Numbered from the stretch's first letter, positions 51,536-63,039 are shown. The stretch is 64,000 nucleotides of DNA from Anolis carolinensis (GCF_035594765.1 NC_085846.1:42457190-42521189), one strand, 5' to 3'. Notes: generated by a model not told the origin, from the letters alone. Program-made: numbers and translations.

Positions 51536-51962
51536 ATGTTACAATTATCTCTGATATGTCTCCTCTTGAATATCTTTAAAGGTATGATTATTGGAATGTT
51601 GTTTCTCATTCAGCTCCTAGGCAACAATTAACATTTGATTTACATTTTTATATTTTATCCTTTCAGAATCAAGTGGGCAAATTGTCACTCAGACCCCAGC
51701 TTTTTTGCAGAAAAATCCTGGGGACAGAGTGGATATTCAGTGCAAGGCTTCCTCTTCTGTCAACACTTACATGAACTTCTATCAATTGATACCGGGGCAA
51801 AAATCTAAGCTATTGATTCATGGAACTACCAACCGTTTTGAAGGAACCCCATATCGCTTCAGTGGAAGAGGAAGCGGCACTGACTTCACTTTCACGATCA
51901 ATGGTGTGCGTCCTGAGGACGAAGGGGAGTATTACTGTGGCCAAGCAAAGAGCTTACCTCTA
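51536..51962 (+). CDS. Ig kappa-type light-chain V gene segment, open reading frame (leader 51536-51581, V exon 51667-51962)
   Basis: MLQLSLICLLLNIFK|[99 protein letters not shown]; both Cys present, splice sites intact. Confidence 0.88.
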
Positions 51963-51990
51963 CACAATGATACACTTCAGTACAAAAACC
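51963..51990 (+). other. 12-RSS with variant heptamer CACAATG
   Basis: cacaatg atacacttcagt acaaaaacc. Confidence 0.9.
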
Positions 51991-53397
51991 TAGTTAGTGA
52001 TGGAAGACTGCAGAAATAGCTTGAATTGTGCTGTTCAAGATTTCTTTGAATGTACCTAAAGAGAGGATGAATTGTGTGAGAGAAAGCGTGCCATCGATGA
52101 ATACTTTGACGCTAGCGTTTCCCTAGGATATCTTCCAAACGCACTTAAGAAATGCTAATAATGAACTAAAGTGAGAAATAGTAACTTTACTTGGTCATAA
52201 AAGTTTTGTTGTCTTTTTTAAAAGTTTATTTTACTTTTCATTTAAATAATATTTCATTTAATGTCCACAATACATACAATATTACAGTATAGTAACAAAT
52301 CATAATCCAAGATCTTGCTTTATCACATCCACCCTCCCTGCAGTCTCCAAGTCATTGGAGTGTGCAAACTGCTTCCCTGTCAATTGGCTTACTAATAAAT
52401 TGTCCTTTATTGTCTAAATGTATTAATAATAGCTCTTTTCCCCTAGACATTCATCCAAAATCTTATTTGATCTAAAGGTGGTTTAAATCTGCTGTTCATA
52501 TGGCACGTAGCGTGATAAATGGTTCTCATATAGCCACAAAGACATCATCTTTTATTTCTCGTCTCTCTAATCTGATGTTGCGTGTTAATTTCCCAAATAG
52601 TTCCATACTCTGTGTAACTAATTCTGTACAAATAAATTTGCTAATTATTTCCATACCTTTACTATCTCCATCCTTGCAGTTCATACCAGAGGTTCAGAGA
52701 TCAAATAAAAGAGTCGCTGGTTTGGTCCAAAAAGTTCCAGGTTGGTTCGTTGATCACGCATGGCACTGTATGCAAGCAAATGGAAGACAGAGCAAAGAAA
52801 TTGTTAGAAGGTTAGAAGAGTGCCAACAAGAAGAGGAAAAGAACAATCATAGGTAGGCAGGTGATGGATTTCCTGAACATGACACTTGCTAGCAGGACTA
52901 CTAACACAATCAACATTGGGATCCAAATGCAATATGCACAACAAGTGGTAACAATTCCAGAAATAAATTTATTAAAGAAAGAGATACGATGACAAAAACA
53001 GTGAAATAAGAAACAAGCAAGTTCTCCTCAATCCATTGCTGGGAACCCCATGAACGGCAACGGGGATGACACCAGCCTGGCCAGTATGCAGCATAATCCC
53101 ACTCTCAGCCTGCATTGAGGTTCAGCATTAGGCTGAGATGTAAAGATATTTCTATCTTACTCAAGCCAAGAGGCTAATGGATCACATCTGTTTTACACCA
53201 GCCTTCTCATGCCATCCCAATTTGTTTTTAACAATGAAAGTAGGCATAAGAAAGAAAAAAAGAACAACAATTTTTCCCTTAACAGAGATTTTCTTCCTTT
53301 TTAAGGGGCAATTGGGTATAGAAAAATGGGACAACTGTGCACCCTACTTAGCTTGCCTCCTCGAGATAAGCGAATGTTGGATAAGTGAGACTCTACT

Positions 53398-54520
53398 GTA
53401 CTTCCAGTGGGACAATGAATTCTTTGAACAGAAAGATGGAGTAGCCACACGGAGCCCTCTTAGCCCTGTCATAGCAATTTTTTAAATTTAATTTTTATTA
53501 AAGTTTTGCAGTGTTACAAAAGGATACTCTAAGGGAAGGAAGTGAGGGGCGGGAAGGAATAATGATATTTCAAAAGGGGGGGGAGGAGGGGATAAAATAA
53601 AAATAAGAAGGAAAGAAGGAGGGAGGGGAGAGAAGGAAAGAGGTAAAAGGAGTCTATTGCTAGACTCCCGGGAAAGGAGGCCCTATGGGGAAAGGAAGAG
53701 GGGGGATTAGGTTGACTTCCGATCTTCCAACTTCCATCCACAATTGAAGTCGTTTCTTCATTTCACCGTTTCTTGAAGGTAGTCTTCTAAAATTGACCAG
53801 TTCGTTTCTCTCATTGGTCTTCCAGTAGTTTTTTTAATCAAAAAAGTCAGTCTGTCCATATTTTTAATGTCCATAAGCTTTTCCAACCACAGTTCTTTAG
53901 TGCGATTTTCCCCACCTTTCCAATTTCTCGCTAGTACTATTCTTGCTGCTGTAACAGCATAAGTAAATATTCTCTCTTTATTGTCTTTTTCTTTCTCTGT
54001 AATTATTTCTCCCTCTTCTTTGAAATTATATAGTCCTAATAAATAGTATTCTGGCTTACAATCAAATTCTAATTTAAAATTTTTCTTACATTCCATATGA
54101 ATTATCCTCCAATACTTTTTAATTACTTTACAGTTCCACCACATATGGAAATATGAGCCAACCTGATTTTTACAATGCCAACATATATTGTCTCTATCCT
54201 TATACATGAATCCTAATTTTTTTGGTGTCAAATACCACCTATGTATTGTTTTTAGCCAATTTTCTTTTAAATCCATTGAGTAGCACAGTTTAGTCTTTTT
54301 ATTCCATATATTATTCCATTCATCCATAGTTATCGGCCTACCCACATTTCTGGACCATTTTATCATTGAATCTTTAATGATTTCCGTTAGCCCTGTCATA
54401 GCAAATTTTACATGGAACACTTTGAGAAACAAGACCTGGAAACAGCACCAGAAAAGCCCATATATGGTTCTGATATGTGGATGACACCTTCACCATTTGG
54501 AGCCATGCAGAAGAAAAACT
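53398..54520 (+). mobile_element. Penelope-like RT fragment split by the L1 insertion
   Basis: YFQWDNEFFEQKDGVA..SPLSPVIA / NFYMEHFEKQ.LETAP...YVDDTFTIWSH. Confidence 0.8.
53478..54386 (-). mobile_element. 5'-truncated L1-clade LINE (ORF2 C-terminus with CCHC knuckle plus 3' UTR)
   Basis: ORF 53758-54432 contains CWHC..YFHMWWNC; 18-bp TSD ttagccctgtcatagcaa (53460-53477 and 54387-54404). Confidence 0.85.
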
Positions 54521-54783
54521 AAACAAAACATATATATTTATTGTTTATATTTGTTATTTATTTTTCTTATTTTTAAGTAAATTTATTTGTTAGACATTTT
54601 AACATTCATTATTTTGTTTTGTTTCTTAAATATAGTATACATTTATTTATTTACTTACTTTCATGTATTTGTATCCTTTTGTTCTTTTGTTCATTTTGGT
54701 TGTACTATTTGGTTTATATTATTTACTGTTTGGTAGTTTTTTCAGTTTTTCCTTTCCTTTTTGGGGGGGGGGGGATATTTGGC

Positions 54784-55464
54784 ATGGAGAATACTGGCCT
54801 GTTGCTACCCCAGATTTGGGTCATTTATTTAAGGGGCCTTGATTCGGAAGAAGCTCTCATTACCTGGCCAGTGGAAACCAATTGGCACCGGCAGCAGCGT
54901 CCAAGGAGGAAGAGGCACCCCTTTCGGGAACAGGCTCCACATAGAGCCACACAAGATGAAATCCTTCTGGCAAAGATTCAACAGCAGGAGCCCCCCATCC
55001 TACCAAGGCAGCGCCATGGCCTCTTGCCCTCCATCGTTGAGAAAATGGAAAAGAGGATGCTCTCCAAGGAAGAGCACAACGAGAAAAGCCAAAACTCACC
55101 ACCCCCACGGCCCCACTCCATCAATAAGAAGGATCTCCGTCCTGGGTTTTACCACCGGCTGGCTGAGGTGGGAGAGGCAGGAGGCAACAATCCTTCCTGC
55201 CCAAGCTGCCTCGGGACATCAGGATACACACTGACTGGCCAAGGTGGGAAAGGCAGAAGTAATGAGGCAACAATCTTTCCTGCACATGTGGCCTCAAGGT
55301 GCCTCCGATTCCAGAGCCTTGGAGGCCACCAAAGATTATACCCCTATATATTTCATTTATTTTGTTTGCACTATTTGCTTTATATTGTTTATGATTTGTT
55401 TGGTTTTTTTGTTTTTTGCTTTTGTTTTTTTCTGGGATTGCCACGGAAGCATTTGGCAAGCTGA
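54784..55464 (+). CDS. Unrecognised ORF family, copy B (open 226 aa from MENTG; homology fades after about 55320)
   Basis: IYLRGLDSEEALITWPV...EILLAK...PPILPRQRHGL...HSINKKDLRPGF motifs shared with copies A and C. Confidence 0.4.
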   Translation: MENTGLLLPQIWVIYLRGLDSEEALITWPVETNWHRQQRPRRKRHPFREQAPHRATQDEILLAKIQQQEPPILPRQRHGLLPSIVEKMEKRMLSKEEHNEKSQNSPPPRPHSINKKDLRPGFYHRLAEVGEAGGNNPSCPSCLGTSGYTLTGQGGKGRSNEATIFPAHVASRCLRFQSLGGHQRLYPYIFHLFCLHYLLYIVYDLFGFFVFCFCFFLGLPRKHLAS

Positions 55465-55575
55465 ATACTTGCCTGCTCCTACCTGATATTTGGGTCATTT
55501 ATTTAAGGGGCCTTGAATCGAAAGAAGCCCCGATCACCTTGCTAGGGGCACCGAATCAGCATTAGTAGCGGTGGA
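55443..55575 (+). pseudogene. Unrecognised ORF family, truncated tandem copy B2
   Basis: TEAFGKLNTCLLLPDIWVIYLRGLESKEAPITLL. Confidence 0.5.
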
Positions 55576-55683
55576 AAAAAAAACATTATTTTGTTTGCAC
55601 TATTTGCTCTATATCATTTATTGTTTGGTTGTTTTTGTTTTGGTTTGGGTTTTATTTTTGTTTTGAGGGTTTTTTTGTGGAAA

Positions 55684-56998
55684 TGTGATCGAGGTGACCA
55701 CCCTCCCCCCCAGGACTTTGTAAAAGATAGTTCAAAAGTCAAGACTTTATGTTCTATATTCCATATATTTATAGTAGAAGGTGATTGAGACTTTTTACTG
55801 GAGTTTACTGTGGATTATCCCTGCACTCTGAGGCAAGAGATAACAACTTCATGAATTGTAAAATCATGCTGCTAAAACTCCACTTTTATGAATTTCCATA
55901 TTGGGTTCCCCAGATGTTGTGAACTTCGTTCTTATCAAATGTTTTCAATTGTTTATATCATTCATGATTCCCCTTTATGCAATGTAACCCACCTTTATGG
56001 ATTCTCCCATATTTCCATGAAATCTATCTGTCTGCCTATATGTATTTGTACTCTTTGGGATCCCCGGAAAATATGTATTTTTCCCAGCAGGGTTTATATT
56101 TCAACTTTATTTTATTTTTCATTTTATTTCATATAATTGTCAAGTCATGGAATCAAATAGGGAATATTTTGAACTCAACCTGAACCCCAGAACTTATCTC
56201 ATTTCCTATAACCCAGGCTTCCCTTCCCAAAAACAAAAGGATAATCTGCCACAGCTTAACCCAATCTAATTCAGATTGCATGGACAATATAAGGCTTGAG
56301 TCCTAAAGGTGATTCGCCCCCAAGGCAAACATTGTCATATCTCATCCTAAGGAAATTCCAGGACACCTCAGGAAGGCGCCCTGTGGAGCCTGTCAATTTT
56401 GGCTCATCAACACCCATCACCACTTCCCCCCCCCTGACACCCCAAGGCATATCTAAAATCTGTATACGTGACAGGAACCCTTGATTGCTGTCATTAATCC
56501 CTTTAGAAATCGGTCTAGCAGGAATTAATATGATCTTTCCTGCCCTGTCACTTCATTGTTTCAATAACTCCCGCCTTCTCCTCCCTGATTGGCTCGAGTG
56601 GGGACAAAAAGCAGCTCCCTATTGGGCCAACAGAGCAAGGCGGGAAACGGAAGCCCGCCTCGTTCAACCTCCTAGCCAACCAGCGATCAGATGGGCGGGG
56701 GAGTGGGGCGGGAAATTCAAAGGGCTGTCAGACTGAAACTTTGTATAAATATGGCTTTATTTTGATAATATGGTACCCTAGTAGACTGAATGATCACTAC
56801 TAGAGTCCTTTTCAGCTGAATCGCTCAATAAAGACTCCTTGGCGGAATTTTCCTTCAACTTTGGCGGACCTTCTTCATTTCAGCTTCAGGTTGTATGGCG
56901 GCTCATATTTTCCTATTGGCTCCGCCAAGATCCGTTCTCTCAGGACCAGATCGGGTCTCTCCTTAAGGGCCCGATCCCCTAAAGCGCGGTCAACAACA
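55684..56998 (+). repeat. 5' LTR (1315 bp): CCAAT/GC boxes, TATA 56744, AATAAA 56827
   Basis: Direct repeat of 60449-61762. Confidence 0.95.
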
Positions 56999-57003
56999 TA
57001 ATT

Positions 57004-57024
57004 TGGCTTTACCACGAAGGGACT
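57004..57024 (+). other. Primer binding site, tRNA-Arg(UCG)-like
   Basis: TGGCtttACCACGAAGGGACT vs the recalled complement of the tRNA-Arg(UCG) 3' end, TGGCGACCACGAAGGGACT. Confidence 0.75.
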
Positions 57025-60000
57025 TGCTTGGAAGTTCCAAAAATCAATTTTTAGGCTAAAATTCCAAGCGGCGACCTTGGTCCAGATATTCTGGAACAGG
57101 TTGGGGAGAGAAACGGCTGCAAGGAGGGCCCTCCGACCAACAATTTGACCTCATTTCACATCTAAATTTCTCTGGCAGTCCCTTTCTCTCTCTAGATCTG
57201 ATTCAGGGTACTGAACAAAGGAGCCAGATAGGAGGAAGCAGATTTTTAGCTCCTCGAAGGAAAAGGCGTCAACGTGAAACAGGGGACGCCCTGAAAAGGA
57301 ACCGGTTCCGTTGTTAAGACCCAGGTGGGCGGAGCTCTGGAGGTATTGCACTTCGGATCAGGGTTCGGTAACAAATTCCTGGTGAAACACGGGAACATCT
57401 GGCACCTGAAAGCATGTGAGAGCAGTCTAGCTTGCAGTTGCAGGTTCAAGGATCGTAGGGTAGGGGAACGGTTGTGCTCCCGGGTCACCTGCGGATTCCA
57501 CGAACGCTAGCCATTCAGCCTTAGTGGAGGGAACTCTTGAAAGGACGAGCTGCATCCTGACCGGTTGGGTGAGTCGTTACTCCATTAACTGTCGGTGTGG
57601 GCAGGGGCTGAGCTAAGGATGGGTGTTTGTTCAGCATGTCTAGGGTGTCCCACCCCAGCAGACATCCCCAGGGATTCTCCATTGGGTAAGATCCTGGCCA
57701 ATTGGGGTGGGCTTGCATCGAAAAACATGGTGCAGGCCAGGTTGGGCTAACTCAGCGCGCATAAGTGGCCCCTTGTGGCCCTTGAAGGGGGAACAGCTTG
57801 CCCCCCCCCCGCTTGAGTCGCCGAATTAAAGGTGACTCGCCATGGGGAGGGCAGGTGGTTCCAGCTTGCTTATGCCGCAATGTTCATGGCCCTAAGCCAG
57901 GGAGAGAATTGGAGGGGGGAGGGGGTCCACGTCTTCCCATGCAGAGATTTGGGCTCCAAAAACAACCCCCCCAAAGATTCCTCTCTAGACCCTTTCCCCT
58001 TACCCCCTCCTCCAGAGGATTTTCTGGACACATTTGCTTGCCTTCTCCCCCCACCCCATCAGCCCAGGCCCTCTGCCCCATCCCTATCCCTACTTTTTCT
58101 CCTCACCCTGAGTCCTACACTGATCTAGGACTCCCAAATTGGCCTTCCAAGGGAACCCTTACTTCAGGGATCCCCCCCCCCAAGAAATTCCCCTCCAGAG
58201 AGTTCAGCCCAGTCTAACGTGGAGGAGGACTCCCAGCCCCCTCCCCTCTCACCCCAAAACACACCTGATCCAAAACACTGTTCCTCTTCTCAAGTCACAC
58301 TCTCTCAGCCCCCATCCCAGCCGTTCCTTTGAAGCCTGATGCCCCCCCCCCCCAATATTGTATCTGCCCCTGCCACTCAACTCCTGCTACATTCTGAGTT
58401 TTCCTCAGATGGGAAGAATCACCCCACCATCCCCCCTCCTTCTCTTGCCCCCACCAGGCTCTCTCTCTCTCTCTCTGCGCTCATTCCTCTCTTGGAGAGA
58501 GAGGAGAAGGAGGGGCCGTGGGGAGATTGTGCAAAGAGGACACTTTTTTTCTCTTCCTGTTTTTGGAGGGGCAAAGGGGGGAGGGGGGCATTCCTTTAGC
58601 CGCTTCTGTTTCTTAATTTCCCCTTTTCTTTCTCTCCCATCTGGGAAGCATGGCAAAGGATTTGGGTGGGGGAGGGGGACTCCCAGAAAAGTGTTGGTTA
58701 AATTTTGTGTGTTTATGTAATGTGTGGCCTGTAAACTCTTCTCTACTCATCCCTTTGCCTTAAAAGCCACCAGTGATATATAGTTTTCTGGGAAGGAGGG
58801 CTGGAATGGACTAGCTTAGTGCTATGCTCTCTCTCTCCCTTTTCTTCTGTGCCATCTCACCTCCCTATTTTCAAAGGTTCAAGCCCTAATATTTTGTGAG
58901 ACCCCCCCCCCCCCCAGAGAAATCCTGCTGCTTCTGTGGTTTTAACTTTTTCTTGTCTCTCTCTCCTCAAACCTCCCTTATCTTAGAGAGAAAAGGGGGG
59001 GATGGAAGAATTGATGTATTTTTCTATATGTGAGTTTTTCCTCTCTCTCTCTCTCTTTCACTTCATGTTTTCCTAGGCCAAAATGCACTTCAACATTCTC
59101 CTTTTTCAAAGCTTTCTTCCCCCCCCTTCCTTCCCAGCATCCCCATTTCTCCTTATAAACATACAGTCAAAATCCTGGTTTACTTTTATAGTAAAGGCAC
59201 TCTTTCACTCTCCACAGTTCCCCAACAATCTCCTTTCTTCCTTTCGGGTCCTTCTCCCTCCCTTTCCCTGAGTGCATGCGTGTGAATGTTTTAAAAATCC
59301 CTCTAACTGCCTTTAAATATGAGGGGGGCAGTACAGAGTCCAGGGGACCTTCCAGGCACAGCTGAAGAGATCCAGAGGACCGGACCCAACCACCTGACTG
59401 AGGACATCAGACCAGACTGCAAGACCCATAATCCATACCTGCCACCATGAACAGTTCTAAGACCTGGGTAGGGGCTCTCGGAGTGCGCTGTGGATTTCAT
59501 GCAGCAGCTAGAACCCAGAGGCCATTGGAGATGGTCCTGTGAGGGTAAGCCCGGACCCCCAGTCACCCAGAAGAGACAGCCCCACCTGTGGCTGATCTGA
59601 GACCCCCACGGGGGAAGCAGCCCCATCTGCCTGGCTCAGGGGCTAGAGACTAAGACACTGCTGAAAGGATTCTTGCACATGGCAGGCTTTTATGGCCAGA
59701 CCACCGTATGGTGCCCTCCAGCTGGCCTGGTTCTGCCCTGGCAAGGGGCTACTGAGTGCAGGTCTGCCTTTGACGCTGCCAAGGAGGCCCTCATGACATC
59801 ACCAGGGGACAGAATTGGCCGCCATGGCAGAAGATGTCCCAGAAGAAGTGAACAGGATTCTACCAGTGACCACCATGAGGGAAGGATGTTCCACCCTCAC
59901 CAGAGCTGTGCCAAAGAAGGACCCCAGGACTGCTGGAGCCCTCACAAGGTATGAGTGACTTCCCTGACTAACCCCACCACGGGAGGGAGGGGGGGCTTAT

Positions 60001-60435
60001 AATCTGTCCTTAGTTTCCCTAGGCACTCTCTCCTTTCCGTCTCCTCTGTTGGAGTGCTGGACCTGCCTGCAGTCACCAGGAGGCTCCGTGCTGTGAGGCG
60101 CAGAAGCTGTGCCCAGTTGCCCCCAGCTGCCAACTACAAAGGGGGGCCCAAGCTGCAGCCAAGAAAAGGCAGCCAAATGGGAGTACTGCATCACAGCCTC
60201 CATCATCCCCAGCCCTCACCACCTCCACCTTCACGCTCCATTTCCCATGACTCCAGACCAAGGGACATCTGCTTCAACACCATGGGATCACCCACCACTG
60301 ACTGAACCTCAGCTTTCACCTCTTCAAGCTCCTGCCCTCCAACAAAAAGGCACAATCTGATCTACCAAGGCAGAGGCCCTGCATGCAGTGAAATGTCGGG
60401 GCTTTGGGAAATGTTCATAGCCATTTCCAAGCCCC

Positions 60436-60448
60436 GAAGGGGGGAAAA
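60436..60448 (+). other. Polypurine tract
   Basis: GAAGGGGGGAAAA directly before the 3' LTR. Confidence 0.85.
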
Positions 60449-61762
60449 TGTGATCGAGGTGACCACCCTCCCCCCCAGGACTTTGTAAAAGATAGTTCAA
60501 AAGTCAAGACTTTATGTTCTATATTCCATATATTTATAGTAGAAGGTGATTGAGACTTTTTACTGGAGTTTACTGTGGATTATCCCTGCACTCTGAGGCA
60601 AGAGATAACAACTTCATGAATTGTAAAATCATGCTGCTAAAACTCCACTTTTATGAATTTCCATATTGGGTTCCCCAGATGTTGTGAACTTCGTTCTTAT
60701 CAAATGTTTTCAATTGTTTATATCATTCATGATTCCCCTTTATGCAATGTAACCCACCTTTATGGATTCTCCCATATTTCCATGAAATCTATCTGTCTGC
60801 CTATATGTATTTGTACTCTTTGGGATCCCCGGAAAATATGTATTTTTCCCAGCAGGGTTTATATTTCAACTTTATTTTATTTTTCATTTTATTTCATATA
60901 ATTGTCAAGTCAGGGAATCAAATAGGGAATATTTTGAACTCAACCTGAACCCCAGAACTTAACTCATTTCCTATAACCCAGGCTTCCCTTCCCAAAAACA
61001 AAAGGATAATCTGCCACAGCTTAACCCAATCTAATTCAGATTGCATGGACAATATAAGGCTTGAGTCCTAAAGGTGATTCGCCCCCAAGGCAAACATTGT
61101 CATATCTCATCCTAAGGAAATTCCAGGACACCTCAGGAAGGCGCCCTGTGGAGCCTGTCAATTTTGGCTCATCAACACCCATCACCACTTCCCCCCCCTG
61201 ACACCCCAAGGCATATCTAAAATCTGTATACGTGACAGGAACCCTTGATTGCTGTCATTAATCCCTTTAGAAATCGGTCTAGCAGGAATTAATATGATCT
61301 TTCCTGCCCTGTCACTTCATTGTTTCAATAACTCCCGCCTTCTCCTCCCTGATTGGCTCGAGTGGGGACAAAAAGCAGCTCCCTATTGGGCCAACAGAGC
61401 AAGGCGGGAAACGGAAGCCCGCCTCGTTCAACCTCCTAGCCAACCAGCGATCAGATGGGCGGGGGAGTGGGGCGGGAAATTCAAAGGGCTGTCAGACTGA
61501 AACTTTGTATAAATATGGCTTTATTTTGATAATATGGTACCCTAGTAGACTGAATGATCACTACTAGAGTCCTTTTCAGCTGAATCGCTCAATAAAGACT
61601 CCTTGGCGGAATTTTCCTTCAACTTTGGCGGACCTTCTTCATTTCGGCTTCAGGTTGTATGGCGGCTCATATTTTCCTATTGGCTCCGCCAAGGTCCGTT
61701 CTCTCAGGACCAGATCGGGTCTCTCCTTAAGGGCCCGATCCCCTAAAGCGCGGTCGACAACA
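60449..61762 (+). repeat. 3' LTR (1314 bp)
   Basis: Differs from the 5' LTR at about 5 substitutions and 1 homopolymer indel seen by eye. Confidence 0.95.
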
Positions 61763-61770
61763 GAAACGCG

Positions 61771-62332
61771 ATGGAGGCATTCAACATGCTTAGTACCGGC
61801 GAGCTGCTTCCAGAGATCAAGATCATTTATTTACGGCCCCCTGACTCCAAGGAAGCCCCCGTCACGTGGCCAGTGCCACCCGTCCAGCCTCAGCGGCCGA
61901 GCAGGCAGAGGCGCCCCTTGTAGAAAGTGGGAACACTGAAAGCCACCCAAGCGGAAATCCTGAGGGTGAAGGTGAAACAGCAGCAAGAGGAAAGGGAGAT
62001 CCAAAGACAGAAACGGCAAGAGCGCCCTGTCTTACCAAGGAAGCCCCATGGCCTTAGGAAGCTCTGCAAGGAAGAGCAGATAGAACACAATTCCATCAAT
62101 AAGGATCTCCGGCCTGAGTTTGAGTGCCGGCTGGCAAATGTTGGGAGAGGGTGAAGTCATGACACAGCAGTCCTTTCTCCCCAAGATGCCTTCGAGTGTG
62201 GAGCAGTGAAACCCATCGAAGATCATTCCACTGCCTCGAGCAGGTCCATGTCCTCCTCCTGCAAAAACGTTATCACCTTACCCTCCTCCCAGGCCAGTGC
62301 CCCGGCCTTGCCGTTTGCCAACCTTAATCTGA
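61771..62332 (+). pseudogene. Unrecognised ORF family, copy C (TAG at 61921, later frameshift)
   Basis: MEAFNMLSTGELLPEIKIIYLRPPDSKEAPVTWPV...PL*KVGTLKATQAEILR...PPPAKTLSPYPPPRPVPRPCRLPTLI*. Confidence 0.55.
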
Positions 62333-62721
62333 CCTAGATGTATTGCAGACTGTGATCAATCTGACTGTTAGGCAACTCTCAGGTAGCAAAGTATCAATTT
62401 TAGCTAAAAGAGGCGGTTTTGCTGTTTCCATCAGCATGATCACAGTAGAAAATATCACTGCCAATGTTGAATCAGTGATTGAGTGTCCTGCGATGAAGAA
62501 ATGGAGAAAGTAAGAGGTTAACAGCAAGCTCCTGAGAAAGCAAAACTTCCCTCCAGCAACGTAACAAGAAAAGAAAGAAAAGTCACCAAAGACCTCAGTT
62601 CAGATTCAGAAATCATCATTCTCCATGCCAAATGTCTATGGCATTTCCACAAAAAACCAAAACAAAAGCAAAAACCACCCCCCCCCCCAAAAAAAAACAG
62701 ACAATAAATATAAACCAAATA

Positions 62722-63039
62722 AAAGGTAAAGGTTTCCCCTGACATTAAGTCCAGTCATGTCTGACTCTGGAGGTTGGTGCTCATCTCCATGTCTAAGTCG
62801 AAGAGCCGGCGTTGTCCGTAGACACCTCCAAGGTCATGTGGCCAGCATGACTGCATGGAGCGCCATTATCTCCTCGCTGGAGCGGTGCCTATTGATCTAC
62901 TCACATTTGCATGTTTTCGAATTGCTAGGTTGGCAGGAGCTGGAGCTAACAACGGCCGCTCCCGCCACTCCCGGGTTTTGAACCTGGGACCTTTCGGTCT
63001 CCAGCTCAGTGCTTTACTGCATTTTGCCACCGGGGCTAC
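62722..63039 (-). mobile_element. Sauria SINE
   Basis: 13-bp TSD tataaaccaaata. Confidence 0.9.

Larger units (their letters stand above)
55684..61762 (+). mobile_element. Young non-autonomous endogenous retrovirus (class I / gamma-like), two LTRs
   Basis: TG...CA LTRs, 4-bp TSD GAAA (55680-55683 and 61763-61766), PBS, PPT, no long internal ORF. Confidence 0.92.

Noticed and set aside
37532-51990. V segments as TCR or Ig lambda/heavy
   Set aside because: 12-bp spacer RSS, ATTTGCAT promoter orientation and the SGSGTDFT-like FR3 fit kappa-type light chains; TCR, lambda and heavy V segments use 23-bp spacers
55888-56736. Duplicated short ORFs (also at 60653-61500)
   Set aside because: They are duplicated only because they lie in the two LTRs; no protein features
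60040-60360. CWTC motif as an env SU CxxC remnant
   Set aside because: Position fits, but four residues in a short closed frame is too little to support the call
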